NCBI GenBank assembly: GCA_002245135.1
Contig: NGBS01000009.1
Coordinates: forward strand, 62,001 to 126,000
Length of the DNA: 64,000 bases
Direction: 5' to 3'
Source: Proteromonas lacertae
Taxonomy: Eukaryota
The position numbers were made by a program, and so were the translations under genes. The notes under the pieces are model-generated. The model searched no databases, was not told the origin of the DNA, and saw nothing but the letters and a program-made list of their open reading frames with translations. Below, one piece after another: positions 27,089 through 40,566 of this stretch. The stretch's first letter is position 1. Each line of letters begins with the position of its first letter.

Positions 27089-28528
27089 CTACTTCTTTTT
27101 CATTTCTAATTCAAGCAAAATAAACGACATATCAGGCAATGCATTACCTTCTCTATCATATGCTTCCAACAACTGCAACAATACTTCAGAACATTCTCTA
27201 GTAGTCTCCGATTTAGCAACTACTTCACGTATAGTTTCATTCGTTAAAGTTCTCCACACACCAGAACTACAAATCACAATGAATTTATCATGATCTGCTA
27301 ATACCTGCTGACTCAGATCGGGAGTACCAATAACACCTATCGTATGTGCAATATTATCTCCAATAGAACGACTTACATACAATCCAGGAATCTTTAAATC
27401 ACTTTTTATATATAACCTTGGTATACTGTTAATACTTTTATCTGGATATTCTGGAGCTTCAATTACACCACCATATGTGATTATTCGTGCCTTTTCTTCA
27501 ATATTTTCTGGTAGATGATCTTGTGTAAGTTGGAATATATTTCTATCCAAGACATTTCCTGTAACTACAATTGCTCGATTATCACCTAAATGAACTACAT
27601 ATAATAATTTCCTTCTGAATAAACATAATGTAAAACAAACACCAGTAAAATCTAAATTAATTTGACAGTTGTCATATATTTTTGATTCGATGTTATTAAA
27701 TACGTTTTTCATACACTGAGGGAGATTGTAAGGCCATGATTCTTCTGATAATAATGTCATTAATATTGTCTTGGCTGTAAACTATAAAAAATAAAATAAA
27801 AATGAATTTATTAATATAAATAAGGAATAACATATTTAATTATATGTATATATATATATATATACTTCTGCTAATTCATGTCCATATTCTCCATGACCTG
27901 ATATTATACCAAATATCATCGTTTGAGTTTCTTCGTCAGAATATAACATAATATGATCCATTGGCTGTCTGTTTGGATCGTAAGGGTATATACACTTCAA
28001 TGAAGATGATATAAACGATTCTATTGGTGCATATAGTTTTAGATCTGATTCTAATGGAGGTGGAATCTTCGGAAGACTTGGAGCTGATTCATCCCTTGCT
28101 ATTGGTTTCATTGGCAATTCAATAAAGTGATTATTATTATCTTTTTGCCTATCTAGTTCTTGAGCTTCTTCTAATTCATCATATTCTTCTGGAATTTCTC
28201 TTGATGAGTATTGAGTGACAGATTCTTCAGGAAGTTCCATAGATGAGTATTGCGTGACTGAATCTGTTGTTGAATCAGCTGTTGAATCTGCATTTGACTC
28301 AGAATCTGCAGTTGTTCCTGTCATAACAGAATCACCTCTTTCTCTTCCAGCACCAAATGCTCCATCTTTATATCCTGCTATTGAAATTCTTCTTCGACTG
28401 TTTTGCCTTGATAAACTCCCTAAACTCCCTAAGTTCTTTAAACTTTCCAATCGCATAATGCTATGTCTACTATTCGATTTACCGATAGCATCTAATCTTA
28501 TGAAACTTCCTTGTTGTCTGTTTAACAT
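27089..28528 (-). CDS. PP2C/PPM-family phosphatase-like protein with degenerate metal ligands
   Basis: HLGDNRA, LTQDHLP, PGLYVSRSIGD. SGHG and SSGVW replace DGHG and SDGVW. Confidence 0.85.
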
Positions 28529-28644
28529 TTTAAAAAAATTCAAAACGAATATAAAAGTTTGATTACTTGTTTGATAAGATAATAAACAAAACAGTATAAT
28601 AACGTAATAAAAGACATTTAAGAATATATTAGGAAAAACACATA

Positions 28645-29667
28645 TTACAGACTTTTTGGTCTATTATTTCTGCAGAATTGTTTCATTTTATCATACACTA
28701 TTGAATAATAATTCAAAAATATATACCTGCATAATTGATAGCCATAGCTGGAATTGCTTTTAAAAAATTAGGTAATAGTCCACGATAATATCCTCTAATC
28801 CCTTCTAACCTCCATATTGTTTTAAATACATCAAACATTCCATTATATCTATTTATAGCATCACCCTTCATTCCTTGTATCTGCAGTCTTGTTCTGGCTA
28901 AATGTAACGGATATGCTGTGATTTGTGCAGTAACTGAAGATATTGATCCTAATAGCAACAATGTAAAAACACTGGGATCTCCACCATAATATTTTTCATA
29001 TAAATCTCTAAATAGAGAGAATAAACCTAAATCAACTCCTGAATAAGGTATCATGCCTAGCAATGATGCTAATAATCCTTTATAAAGCGCTTTTGGTCCT
29101 TCTTCTTTAATTATATGGGCAAATGCGTCAATTATTCCATCATAATGTGTCAATGAGCCTGATATTGCCATTCTTGTTTTAATTACATCCAATGGGTAAA
29201 TTACCAATTGAGTTAATGTTCCAGCTATTTATGATTATATATATTTAATGTAATATATATATATACCTATTGCTCCTGATAAAAATCGATCTATTAGAGA
29301 TGCACGGCCTGGTTTTATTCCAAATAATGCTCTTGTCTCCTCATATAAATAAAATTTCAAAGCTGTTTCAGGTGCTATCTTAATACAATTTGTACCATTA
29401 CCTCTATTTAGAATTGAATAATATAAAGAGATTAAAAAAATACTTAAAAAAAGCTTTTAAACCTTCTTTTTTCCAAATATATTTAATGCATTGCCGTACT
29501 GATACCATAGATTTCCCTTCAACTTTCACCTGTGACTGTATTAATACTCGAATTCTGTCCAGTGGAGCTGTACTTGTTCTAGACACAACTCCAGCAACAC
29601 AACCAGACAATAAAACACTTATCGTAGTATATCTCGCTCTCATTTGCTTTCTTTTTCTTTCATCCAT
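28645..29667 (-). CDS. Mitochondrial carrier (SLC25; ATP-Mg/Pi or CoA carrier-like, no EF hands)
   Basis: Three carrier repeats: APLDRIR, YPLDVIK, YPLHLAR; also GNGTNCIKIAPE. Start codon uncertain (29667 or 29643). Confidence 0.9.
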
Positions 29668-29992
29668 TTTGTCAAGCCTCAAGTCAAACAAAAAATATGT
29701 TAAGTAAATCCATCCTGTGTTTCTATTACCTTATTTTACAATAGGAAATTTGTTGTAAAAAAAGGTGCGAATTATGTTTCATCTTGTAAATGAGTTTTTA
29801 TACAGCAGTTATTCGTTTCAAATGTTATTTGATACTAACTGTTTTTTATGTTATTTTGATCGTTCACATATTTTATTCAATACCTAATATACTTACTATT
29901 CCTCTAAGTGATGATATTTTCAAGTTTGAATTTTCTCTCTCAAGCTTTTATTCAAACCATTTTATTATAAATCTTTTTTTCAACACATAGAG

Positions 29993-31539
29993 ATGTTGTC
30001 CAAGTATTTTGAATTTATTATTTATATCCAGACAAGATCATCCACTTATTAATTGGAATAAAACAAAATGGGAACGATGGATTAATGCTCCTCAGATATC
30101 AAAGCCTATCGCTAATACTCCATTTATTATTATCAAAGCGCCTTTATCAACTAGGTATATTTATTTGTATTTATAAGTTAGTTATGAAACAGAATATGGT
30201 TTAAATTCTTTCACAGTCGATAATCTACTAAACTTTTGTATGGAAAAATGTTGGGAGATAAAGTATGTTATAAATACATCCTTGACAAACTCTTTTTATC
30301 ATGATACAAAGTATAGAATAGTCAATTATTGTTATTTAATTAATATAGTGAATGGAAACAATGGGATATAGAATATTATCAACTGCCTGGAAATAACACA
30401 TTCATTACATCAAAAGATGTAGATGTATTTGAAAAAGTATAATCATTTTTTTATTGTATTTTTATTCATTATAGTATTGTGAGAATAAAGAACCATTAAT
30501 ATGTTTATTTGATGATTATGGCTGTAATAATTCTGTTCTATTAGTTATCTGCTATTTAATAGATGTATTACATGTTGATATAATAGATGTATTCAAGAAA
30601 TATAAGAAAAGTCTACATTTAAAAAATAAACTATTTTACCCATTTTATTATGATTTTTTATCAAAACGTTATCACACAGATATCATTAAATATTTCCCAA
30701 TTCCAAGTCCACCAGTATGGTATGGTGATATAAATAGCGAAGATGATAGTGATTATAAGAAATTACTAGAAAATAAGGATAATGAAAACAGTAATAGAAA
30801 TTCATCAAAATCATATCCTAAATATTCACCATTACCTTCACTTCCATTTACATTGTTATTATCAGAAGATAAAATTAATGAAATTAAAAGTGCTTATGAA
30901 AAATTAACTAAATTCAATACATTTTGTGGTTGTGAAGTGATAGATTATAATCCAAATGAATTAAATGCTGGTTATTGGATTACTTTTAAATCTGTTGGTA
31001 TTAGATTACAATTGTTTATTTATAATAATGAATCTTTTATTATTCAATCAAAAGATGATTCAGGATCATTGAATATAATTAGTGTAAATTTGAATTTATC
31101 AAATCTCAACAACACTCTGTTAGATGGAATATTTGTTGAAGAGAAATTGAAAGATAATTCTACTCAATTCAAATTATTATTGTTTGATATTTTATATTTA
31201 AATGGTGAGTGTGTTTATACACAGAATATGCAAAATAGAATTAATTTAATAATGTCAAAAGTGATTGAACCACAAAAGAAAGTTACATTAATTCAAGATA
31301 CTGTAAAGGTTAGATTTAAAGATTGTTTTTCTTTGAGGAAGATTGATTTTCTATTGAATTCAGTATTACCACAGTTGTTACATAAAACTGATGGGATTAT
31401 CTTTGTTCCAAGTGGAAAAGGTTCTTTGAGAAGTGATGGATCAATAAAACCAATGAAATGGAATGAAAGTAATGAATCTAAAGATAAAATGGTTTTAAGA
31501 ATAAAAGAAATACTCAAGGCTAGTGGGACAAATATCTAA
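29993..31539 (+). CDS. mRNA capping enzyme-like protein (triphosphatase-like + guanylyltransferase-like), degenerate and truncated
   Basis: WERWINAP...IANTPFIIIKAPLS N-terminus; TFKSVG, TLLDG, LLFDIL, HKTDGIIF and MKW motifs; four introns. Confidence 0.7.
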
Positions 31540-31693
31540 TTAATAATGGAAATGTAGATCTTTTTATTTTTAACAATTTTTTTTGTAAATTCGTTTTATA
31601 TGCGAAACAAATGCCAATGTGATAAGTAAATACAACATTTAATTGAGTTTTGAAGGTTTGAAAAGATATAACGGCTATAATCAAAAATAATAA

Positions 31694-31706
31694 GCTTGAG
31701 GCTTGA
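31694..31706 (+). promoter_or_regulatory. Tandem GCTTGA-G-GCTTGA candidate promoter element
   Basis: The same 13-mer occurs at 35644-35656; single copies lie upstream of many other genes. Confidence 0.55.
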
Positions 31707-31757
31707 TATTCTCGTTTCATTTTTTAAATTTCAAAATTCTATAAACACTTAACAATA

Positions 31758-32430
31758 ATGGAAGGAAAAGAATCAAAATATATGGAGACTAAGTGTGAAG
31801 GCAAAGCAAGGACATCTGGATTAGAAGATACAAAATCAGAATCAAAGAGAGCGCCACTTCCACAAGGTGAAATAGAAATTACAAGAGATCCAAAAGCTAT
31901 TAAAATCGTTGAAGGATTTAGAATGTATTATTATTTGAAAGATTATCATTAATTATAGTTTGTCAATGAATATGAGAGATGGAGACACAGGTAAATTGAT
32001 GTGGGAATCTGATAAATGGGGTGCTGACTTATTTAGAGAAGAAATAAAAATACATATTCCAGGATCAATATTACAGTGTAAAGTAGTATCTAGAGAAATA
32101 GAATTTTCATCAAGAGAATTAATTCAAAACCTTAGAATTGACCAACATGTTTATTTCCATGGTAAAATAATCGAAAGTATTAATTTTCAAATTATTCTAT
32201 TATTATAGCTTGGAATTTCGTTTTTGGATTTGTCATTCCTGGTTCAAAGAATTCATGGCAAAATACTATCAAAGCAGCTGATCAAATGGTTCTCACACCA
32301 AAAATGTTAGAGTATTAATACATTTATTTTATATAATGTAAATAGTGGTAATGTTACAATTGAAAGTTGCTTCTATGACGATGACTATTTGATTGCTAAG
32401 TGTTTAATTAGAGTTTATTATGATGCTTAA
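31758..32430 (+). CDS. PDE6D: Prenyl-binding protein PDE delta
   Basis: MNMRDGDTGKLMWE, ILQCKVVSREIEFSS, WNFVFGFVIPGSKNSWQ, GNVTIE. Confidence 0.93.
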
Positions 32431-32587
32431 TCAATATGAAATTGGTTGATACAAAATCTTAAAATTTTATTTTTAATTGATATTTTATTATTGTGCTTTT
32501 GACATAATAAAATAAAATCAAATTTTAAGACAAAAATCAAAAAATGAAAAAATATTGTGATTATATTTTTGTTTTGTCTCAATATAT

Positions 32588-33757
32588 TTAGTCTTCATCT
32601 TTTTCTTCGTCTTCTTCTTCCTTATTTTCATTGTTCTTAGCTTCTTCTTCACTAGCTTTGTTCTTTTCTTCTTCTTGTTTATCATGCATAGCTTTTTCAG
32701 CATCCTTCTTCTTAAAGAATGTTTCTTTGGCAAAAGCTTCAGCTTCTTCTACTGAATCTGTGATAATAATATCATCAAATAATGATTTTGCTTTAACTTG
32801 CCATAATTCAAAACCAACAAATTGACATTCTTTGCATACATTGTAGACAGTGTTATCTTCAACATAATCTGGGTTTTCAATCTCTGGATGAACCCATTTA
32901 CCTTTATAATCTGGATTCTTAATCATCTTTGGCTTCCATTCTCCTTTGTATTCTGGGTTTGGAATCATTGGAGCTTCCCATTCACCATCATCTTCATCAT
33001 TCCAATCTTCTGGTTTTTTAGCATCTGGATCTGGGATATTGGCTGGAATATCATCATAACCTTCTGGTTTCTTGTCTTCTGGATCTGGAATTTCTTCTTC
33101 ATCTACCCAATCGGATGGTTTTTTAGCTTTTGGATCTTTAATCATCTTTGGCGGTAAGAAATCCCAATCATCGAATAATGAACCTTTCTTTTTCTCTTCA
33201 TTATCAATTCTGAATTCATAGGTATTGTCTGGGTTGATGATTAAGGTGTATAAATGGGTTAATTCATCAGTTTCTACTGGAGCATTGCTCTTCATTAATA
33301 AGTTCTTACCTTTGTAGTTGAAAATGATGTGTGTCTTTCTGGTTCCTGAACCACAGACATCTGGACCAAACATAATTGAATAGTCAGAATCTCCTCCGAA
33401 ACTTTCTTGATCTAATCCTGATGGTAATACTTTGATGTAAGCACCACCACATTCTGGAGATTCTTCGAATTTAACTGAATATTGAATGACTAGTGTTTTA
33501 CCTTCATTGTTGAATGATTTACCAATATCAGCAGAAATACCATAGAAACGGTGATCATCTTGGGTTTGGATACCATTGTCGTTCTCGTCTCCATACCATT
33601 TACCTGGGGTTTGTTTCCAAGCTCCCATTTCATTATCTTTCTTCCAATTGGTACTCTTTACCCATCTGCTTTCCCAGTCTCCTTCAAATTGTTCCTTGTA
33701 GTAGACTTCAGCAGATGCAAGTGCAAGACATGCAAGAATAAGGCAAACAGCTTTCAT
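32588..33757 (-). CDS. CALR: Calreticulin
   Basis: Signal peptide, ECGGAYIK, IMFGPDVCG, P-domain repeats and acidic tail. CDS is intronless; probable 5'UTR intron. Confidence 0.97.
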   Translation of the reverse strand: MKAVCLILACLALASAEVYYKEQFEGDWESRWVKSTNWKKDNEMGAWKQTPGKWYGDENDNGIQTQDDHRFYGISADIGKSFNNEGKTLVIQYSVKFEESPECGGAYIKVLPSGLDQESFGGDSDYSIMFGPDVCGSGTRKTHIIFNYKGKNLLMKSNAPVETDELTHLYTLIINPDNTYEFRIDNEEKKKGSLFDDWDFLPPKMIKDPKAKKPSDWVDEEEIPDPEDKKPEGYDDIPANIPDPDAKKPEDWNDEDDGEWEAPMIPNPEYKGEWKPKMIKNPDYKGKWVHPEIENPDYVEDNTVYNVCKECQFVGFELWQVKAKSLFDDIIITDSVEEAEAFAKETFFKKKDAEKAMHDKQEEEKNKASEEEAKNNENKEEEDEEKDED

Positions 33758-34038
33758 TTCCTATAAAAATAGATAAGGATGGATATAAAAGATATAAAAT
33801 GCAAATAAAGCAAAAAAATATTGAAGATCATATAAAGAAAGCATTAATTATAAGCATACAATAAAGTTGTTCTCGAAAACAAAAATTAATTACAATTGTT
33901 CGATTCTGATTGGCTGATTTTATTCTTGAATTTGGGGTATGAAAATTTTCGTAATTATTTTTTTCATGTTTTTTTTCTTGTTAAAATAACTCACATACAG
34001 TTGTAATACAATATATAATAAAGAATTTTATTAAAGAC

Positions 34039-35612
34039 TTACTGACTTAACTTCTTCATTTCTTTTGATAATCTTGATGCTAATTGAATAAAGTCATTAG
34101 CATAGTGTTTTTCAGCATGTTGACTTTCTACATTGATTGTATCCTATAGTAGAATATAAAAAAATCAAAAAATATACATCAACAACAACAAAATTGATTG
34201 GTAATGAGTATTTCAACAAAGAATTACATAAGAGTGTACTACTAGAATCCAATTCATAACAATAAGACTTCCATTTCAAACAATGTATATTATTTCTTAC
34301 ACTATCTTCATTAGCATTTGATTTTAATTTCGCTAATTGACTGATTGGTAAAACAGTGTATAATTTCAATATTGAGTGTAATAATGGAACAGTCTCTTGT
34401 TGTTGTATATCATGGAATAGTACTTGTTTCTGTGTTAAGCTAATAGAATCTGTTGGTGGTACATTTACTGAAATATTGTAATTAATAAAGTAAGTTGGAA
34501 AACATGAATCATATAACTCTGATAATGGTTTTACTCTTTCAGAATCACCTCTTTGACTGGAGTAAATTAATTCTTTTGCTGAATCTGACAAGCCATCAAC
34601 AAACCTATCAACTCTTTGAACTAAACATAATGAATGCTATTTATAATAAATATATTAAGATATATATATATATATATACAGCTATTGTTAATAAAGCTTT
34701 AATTTTATCTAATTTCTTTGTATTATCACCTTCAAATTTACCAAATAAATGCATAGATTGTCCCATATAAGTGAACATCTTCACTGCATCTTTGTATCTT
34801 CTTAACATTAAGTAATTTACACCTAAATTGTATAAGAATATATAGGAACAAGTTGGTGATGATAAATATGGTTCACTTCTATCTAATTTCAGTGGTTTTA
34901 CTACTTCAAGAGCTGCATAATAATCACCAGTTAACATATGCACTTTGTGGAGGAAGGTTAAAGCGAAGAAACCTAAATGGATTTTTATCTATTTAACAAT
35001 AATAAAAAGAATTAAATACATTATCAGTATCTGATGAATCATGAGCTTCATTCAATATATTATAAACTTTTGACTTTTCTACAATATTCTCAAGGGTTTG
35101 AATAATATGTAAAGTTGTCCAATATTCATTGCCTTTTGGTATTTCAGTTGATTTTTGAAGAGTTTCGTAATGTGATTCATAGTGATATATGAACTCTTTC
35201 ATTATGTCAAATGTCCATTCTATACTTAAACCAAAGGATGGATGTTCTTCTTTTAATATTAAATCGAATATCTTTTTATAACATTCTGCTGTTTGGATTC
35301 TTTCTTCAACTGTCATTGATCCTTTTCTTGCAAAATTTTGACGTAAATTTAGTTCAGCATACACTGCGAAAAAGAATTCACTGTTTATTCCAACATCTTT
35401 TAATTGATCAACCTTAGGCCAATTATCAAATTCTGGAGCTGGGTCAGTTGCATTGCATATTGATGTGTAATGAGTTCTTAAAAATGGACCTTTATTATCT
35501 ACAATAGCTGAACAGATATCAGCCCAATATTTGATATTTTCTGGTAATTTTGATTCAGTATCAGTGTTTTGATTATCTCTAAAATATTATATTCTATATA
35601 AATATACGCCAT
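34039..35612 (-). CDS. EIF3L: Eukaryotic translation initiation factor 3 subunit L
   Basis: EWTFDIMKEFIYHY, HMLTGDYYAAL, YLMLRRYKDA, SILKLYT; four introns. Confidence 0.85.
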
Positions 35613-35643
35613 GATGAGATTTTCAAAATGCAAATATTTATTG

Positions 35644-35656
35644 GCTTGAGGCTTGA
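35644..35656 (+). promoter_or_regulatory. Tandem GCTTGA-G-GCTTGA candidate promoter element
   Basis: Lies in the 85-nt divergent spacer between eIF3L and AcpS. Confidence 0.55.
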
Positions 35657-35697
35657 AAATTAATTGTTTGATTTAACAGAGTTACAATGAAATAATC

Positions 35698-36135
35698 ATG
35701 TCAAAAATATGGGGAATAGGAACAGATATAGTACAGATATCTAGAATTAAGATAACATATGAAAGATTTGGGATGAGATTTCTGAAAGAGCATATAATCC
35801 GATGGAAATAGCAAAATTTAATTCTAAATCGATTAATCAATTCAATTATCTTGCATCAAGGTATTGTTATTCATTATTGTATTAGATGGGCAGTTAAGGA
35901 GGCAACATATAAAGCAGTAGGACAAAAACGAATCTTATTCCCTGAAATTACTGTTAAACACTCTATTACCCACCAACCTACAATCTGTTTTTCTGGAAAT
36001 GCTTTGTCAATAGTAAAAAATCTTGGAATTGATGTGAATGTATATTATTTGAATTATCATCAATAGAAAACTCATTTGTCAATTTCAGATGATGGTGGTT
36101 TTGCTATTGCTTATGTTATACTTGAAAAAGTATAA
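35698..36135 (+). CDS. AcpS-type 4'-phosphopantetheinyl transferase (one base missing as assembled)
   Basis: GIGTDIV, YLASRWAVKEATYKA and HLSISDD. A -1 shift is needed at about 35787 (CTGAAAGAGCA). Confidence 0.85.
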
Positions 36136-36366
36136 TGTTATAGAGTAAATTAGTTTATTTTATAATTTATTTTAGTTAATAATTCAATTATTATTGTTTT
36201 TCTATTGTATTGCATATTACTGTTTTATCTAATTTAATGGAGCAATCTAAGATATAAATAATAGAATTATATCATAATATGCGCTACAACATTAAAAAAA
36301 TAGAAAAATATGAATGTTAGAAGCTTGATTTAGCTTGAGTATTTCATATTTTTTTCTTCTTATTTT

Positions 36367-38478
36367 ATGAATATAATTGAACCTAAAATTCTTGCTCCAA
36401 GTTCATGTATCATTATTTATCCTATAGTTTTGTATATATAGCAAAGGACTTTGATTTAACTCCAATAACTGAAAGCTTAAAGTTTTGGAAAACATTTAAT
36501 CTGGATGAACAGAAATTGCAATTAGATAAAATTGGAATTGAAATTCCCAACAAAAAATCCCTCTCAATAGAATCTAGAAAAAAGCTTGCAGAAGAAACTA
36601 AAAAATTTCGTCAACAGCCAGATGAATCAAAGCTTAAAACGATTGGATCATTGATGAAATTATATCAAGAAGAAATCGATAGATTGACAAACAGATCTCA
36701 GTATATTAGTAGTTAATATTTCGTATTGTATAGAGAAGCAGAAATAGCATTCTTAAATATTTACAAATCATTATATGATGCACCAGATCCAGCAGCAGCA
36801 TTACAATTAGCTCAACAAGTAGCAATTCAATATCAAACCAAAAAAATAGAAAATGAAAAACTCAAAAAAGAAATTACAGAGTAAAAATACTATATATTAT
36901 GTTTATAGTTATTCATCAGAAATGTCATCATTACAAAATCAAGATATCACAATCAGAAATCTTCAATCAAGACTCGAACATCTTCAAGCCGATTTTCAAG
37001 TTCAAGTTGATAATTTAGTCGCACAAAAACTACAAGAATCCAATACTAATTCACAGAAAATACAAGAAGAATACGAGCAAAGAGAAAGTCAATTAAAATT
37101 ACAGCTTCAAAAAGCATTACAGGAGTTGGATATAATGAGATTAACAAATCAAAGCAATAACTCATTTGCTATTGATGAAATGGTGAGTGAAACAAAAGAT
37201 TCACAAAATCAAGTAGAATTACAATTACTCAGTGATGAATTGGATAAAGTGACTGCAAGAAATGTTGCATTAGAAAAAGAGTTGAAAGATTATAAAGAAA
37301 AATTTAATGATAATAAATCCAATAGATCTTCTTCACTTGAAATGTATACTGACATAATCAAAGAGAAAGATGGTGAAATAGAATCATTATCATCAGATGT
37401 AGCTAGATATCAAGTATATATATTAATTATTTATTTATATTTTCTATAGTCTTTACTTGATTCTACTAATGCGAAAAATACAGCAGTAATTGCAGATAAA
37501 GATAAAACAATCAATAAACTGCAAATATCACTTAATAAAGTTCAAGCTGATTTAGCAACAAGACCAACAACAGAAGAATTAAACAAACTTAAAGCGAAAT
37601 TACAAGCAATTCAAGCAATAGAATATGGAGTAGAAGATGATGAAATTGAAGAATTAGAAGATGATGATCTTAAAGAAATTAATAATGCATTAAAACAGAA
37701 GTTAAAGAAATTAGAAACTGAACTTACACATGTAAAGTTATCTAATACAGATTTAACTAAAAGAGTAGAAAACGCTGAAGCTATTCAATTGAAACAAGAT
37801 GAACAGATTAATGATTATAAAGAATTAGTATCAAAATTAGAGAGTGATTTATCAGGACAAACTGTTATGAGTATTTTTCTATAGATATATATATTTTTGT
37901 AAATAGGTAATGTAACTGGTGATGGTTCTGCATTATTATCATCTGTTTTACAAAGTGATATTATTATGGATGTATATATATATATTTATATATTTAATTA
38001 GAATGTTGGAAGTAATTCAAACTCATCTTCAATGGAACAGATCTTTAAAGAACAAAGAGACAGATTTAGACAAAGAATGCAACAATTAGAAGTTGATAAA
38101 CATACTTTATCAGCCAAAATATCAGCTTATATAAGAGAAGTAGATGAATTGAAATCCGATAACTTGAAGTTGTATGAGAGAATAAAGATACTTCAAAATT
38201 CTACTACTGCTAATAATCGCTCTAAATTAATACAATCTGATGATGTAATGCAAAGATATGCTAATGAGTATAATTCTCAGTTAAATACATTCCCTGTAAC
38301 TCAAGGTGATCCATTTAGTAGTAGATATGGTAGTTTAGGTAGTTTTGATAGATTTTTATTGAGGATTACTCGATTATTGTTTAGTGGAGTATTAGGAAGA
38401 AGAGTTGTATTTATTTATCTACTATTCCTTCATTTATTGGTTTTCTTTACTACAAATATGGCAGCAAGTTCATCTTAA
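36367..38478 (+). CDS. Golgin CASP/Coy1-like coiled-coil tail-anchored protein
   Basis: SRKKLAEETKKFR, YQEEIDRLT, APDP, LQNQDITIR, QRDRFR, DNLKLYERIK and a C-terminal TM with YLLFLHLLVF. Confidence 0.92.
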
Positions 38479-38584
38479 ACAGATAATTATTGTAATTATA
38501 TATAGATTTGTGTTTTTTAAAGGAAATATTTTAAATAATCGATATATAATATTATTAAATTATTAAATTTACAGGACATTATAA

Positions 38585-40491
38585 TTATAGAAGAATACTG
38601 ACAGATTGTTCATATATCATTTCATTAGCATAACCATTTCTACAAACATGTTTAATTGTCTTGTACATACAATAAAATAGGATTGAAATGTTAAATGAAT
38701 ATATCCAAAAACCCAAATAACTTAACAAAAAAACATTATTCATTTCATCATAAAAAAAACACTTCTTCTTCCTTGTATCTAAATTTAGAAATAATATCTG
38801 TAACAATCTACTATTTTTATCATAAAACTTTAACGATGTAGAATAAACAATATCTTTTTTACATTTTGAATTGAATTTAAATCTCAAAATATTATTGGAT
38901 GATGAAAAATTCTGTAGATTGGATAATATTGAAACACAACTTGTATTACTAACAACAACATGGTGTATTTTACCTTCACTGTCAGTTTTTGTAAGTGACT
39001 AATAGAGAATATTCTAAACTTTTCTTTCTATAATCTTTACTCCAATCAACCATATAATCAAAATCTTCAGCAAACGAATAAATTGGTCCAGAATATCTAT
39101 ACTCAACTATATTTGTATTTATTATCATTATATCTGCATTCATAAAAGAATTCCATTTATCAGTCACATAATTTCCGTTGTATTTAGCCATTTTAGTATA
39201 ACATATTGTATTTGATTGTCGATAATAAGAAAAATTCTGTAAATACAGATGTAAATTATACACTAAATCTGATTCATAAATGAATATAAACGAATTAAAA
39301 GATAAACTATTAGAAATTGAAGAATAATATGGTTGAGTTTGATAAAGTTGTCCATCATATGAAACTAACTTATATATTCTATATTTCTTATAATTATATA
39401 ATGCAATAGAATTGTGGAGTATTACTTTCCCATTTCTTATATTTTGAATAATTCTATTAACATCATCATCTTTATCATTTCTATATTGATAGAAAATAGA
39501 ATATGAATTTAATATTGATACTTGACTATCAACTACATTCTTTATTATATTATTAATTCCTAAGTATTTGTTAATGTAATTTATTCTAACCCAACATCCA
39601 TACATTATTATATCATTACATTTATCTATCGTATTAATAAATGAGTTGCTAGTCAAATCATTACCAGAAATATACTCAAACTTATCAATATTCATGAAAT
39701 TCTTATATAAAATCATAGTTGATGATGTATTAAAAGTTGCACCAATAAAACAATAATTTATAACTTCCTTCGCTTTACCTTCTACTGTTATATTCACTAC
39801 ATTAACAAATGAATAGGATAATCTTGAATTACTCATTTCAGATACTAGAAAATATATATCTCTTCTATCAGTATATAGCGATTCACCTTTTAAAAATAAA
39901 CCACTTATTTCGTTGAATTCATTATTATTTATTCTGTATATTAGAAAAGGAAATTTGTTATTGTTATTTGCAGAGTGCTCTACATCTTCAATTTCTATCA
40001 AAACAAAAAATAATCCTAAATGAATGATTGTACTGTTTGATACTTCATTTATTAATGGAATTATATTCTTATAAATCATTTCTGATTGAAGTGTTACATG
40101 CATATTATATATGTATGATTCATACATGGATGATATAATTAAACTATCTTTTTCATCTTCTGAAGTTGAATATATAATTTCACCATCAACTATTATTAAG
40201 AAATATATATTCACTAACCTAGAATCCCTTAAGACATTTATAAAACTACTATTTGTAGTATTTTGATAATAAAGTGTTATGCAAAGTCTCTTGTCCATTT
40301 CCTTCAACAGTTACATTTTCAAGATTACGATAGTACATCATCCATAACGACATATCTACTGTGTATTGTTTTTCTAATCTGGATGAAGTGTTACTTCGAA
40401 AAATTGCATCCAACTGTTCATTATCATATAATTCAACAGATTTTACCTTGAATAGAAATATATAGACAAGAAATAATGTAATAAATAACAT
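38585..40491 (-). CDS. Intronless predicted secreted/membrane protein of unknown function with two +1 disruptions
   Basis: Signal-like N-terminus. Three ORF segments can be joined by +1 shifts at about 40250-40300 and about 38988; hydrophobic C-terminal segment. Confidence 0.5.
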
Positions 40492-40566
40492 TCAATAAAA
40501 AAGCTCGATTACTGTTTGATAATTGAAAAGATGTTTTGGAAGATTTCGAGTATTAATAAGTATTTG

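Noticed and set aside
33900..33920. CCAAT box upstream of calreticulin as an ER-stress element
   Set aside because: CCAAT is present on the minus strand but lacks the N9-CCACG half of an ERSE; a single pentamer is insufficient evidence.
35780..35795. Programmed -1 frameshift in AcpS
   Set aside because: There is no X XXY YYZ slippery heptamer or obvious downstream structure; a lost A in a homopolymer is simpler.
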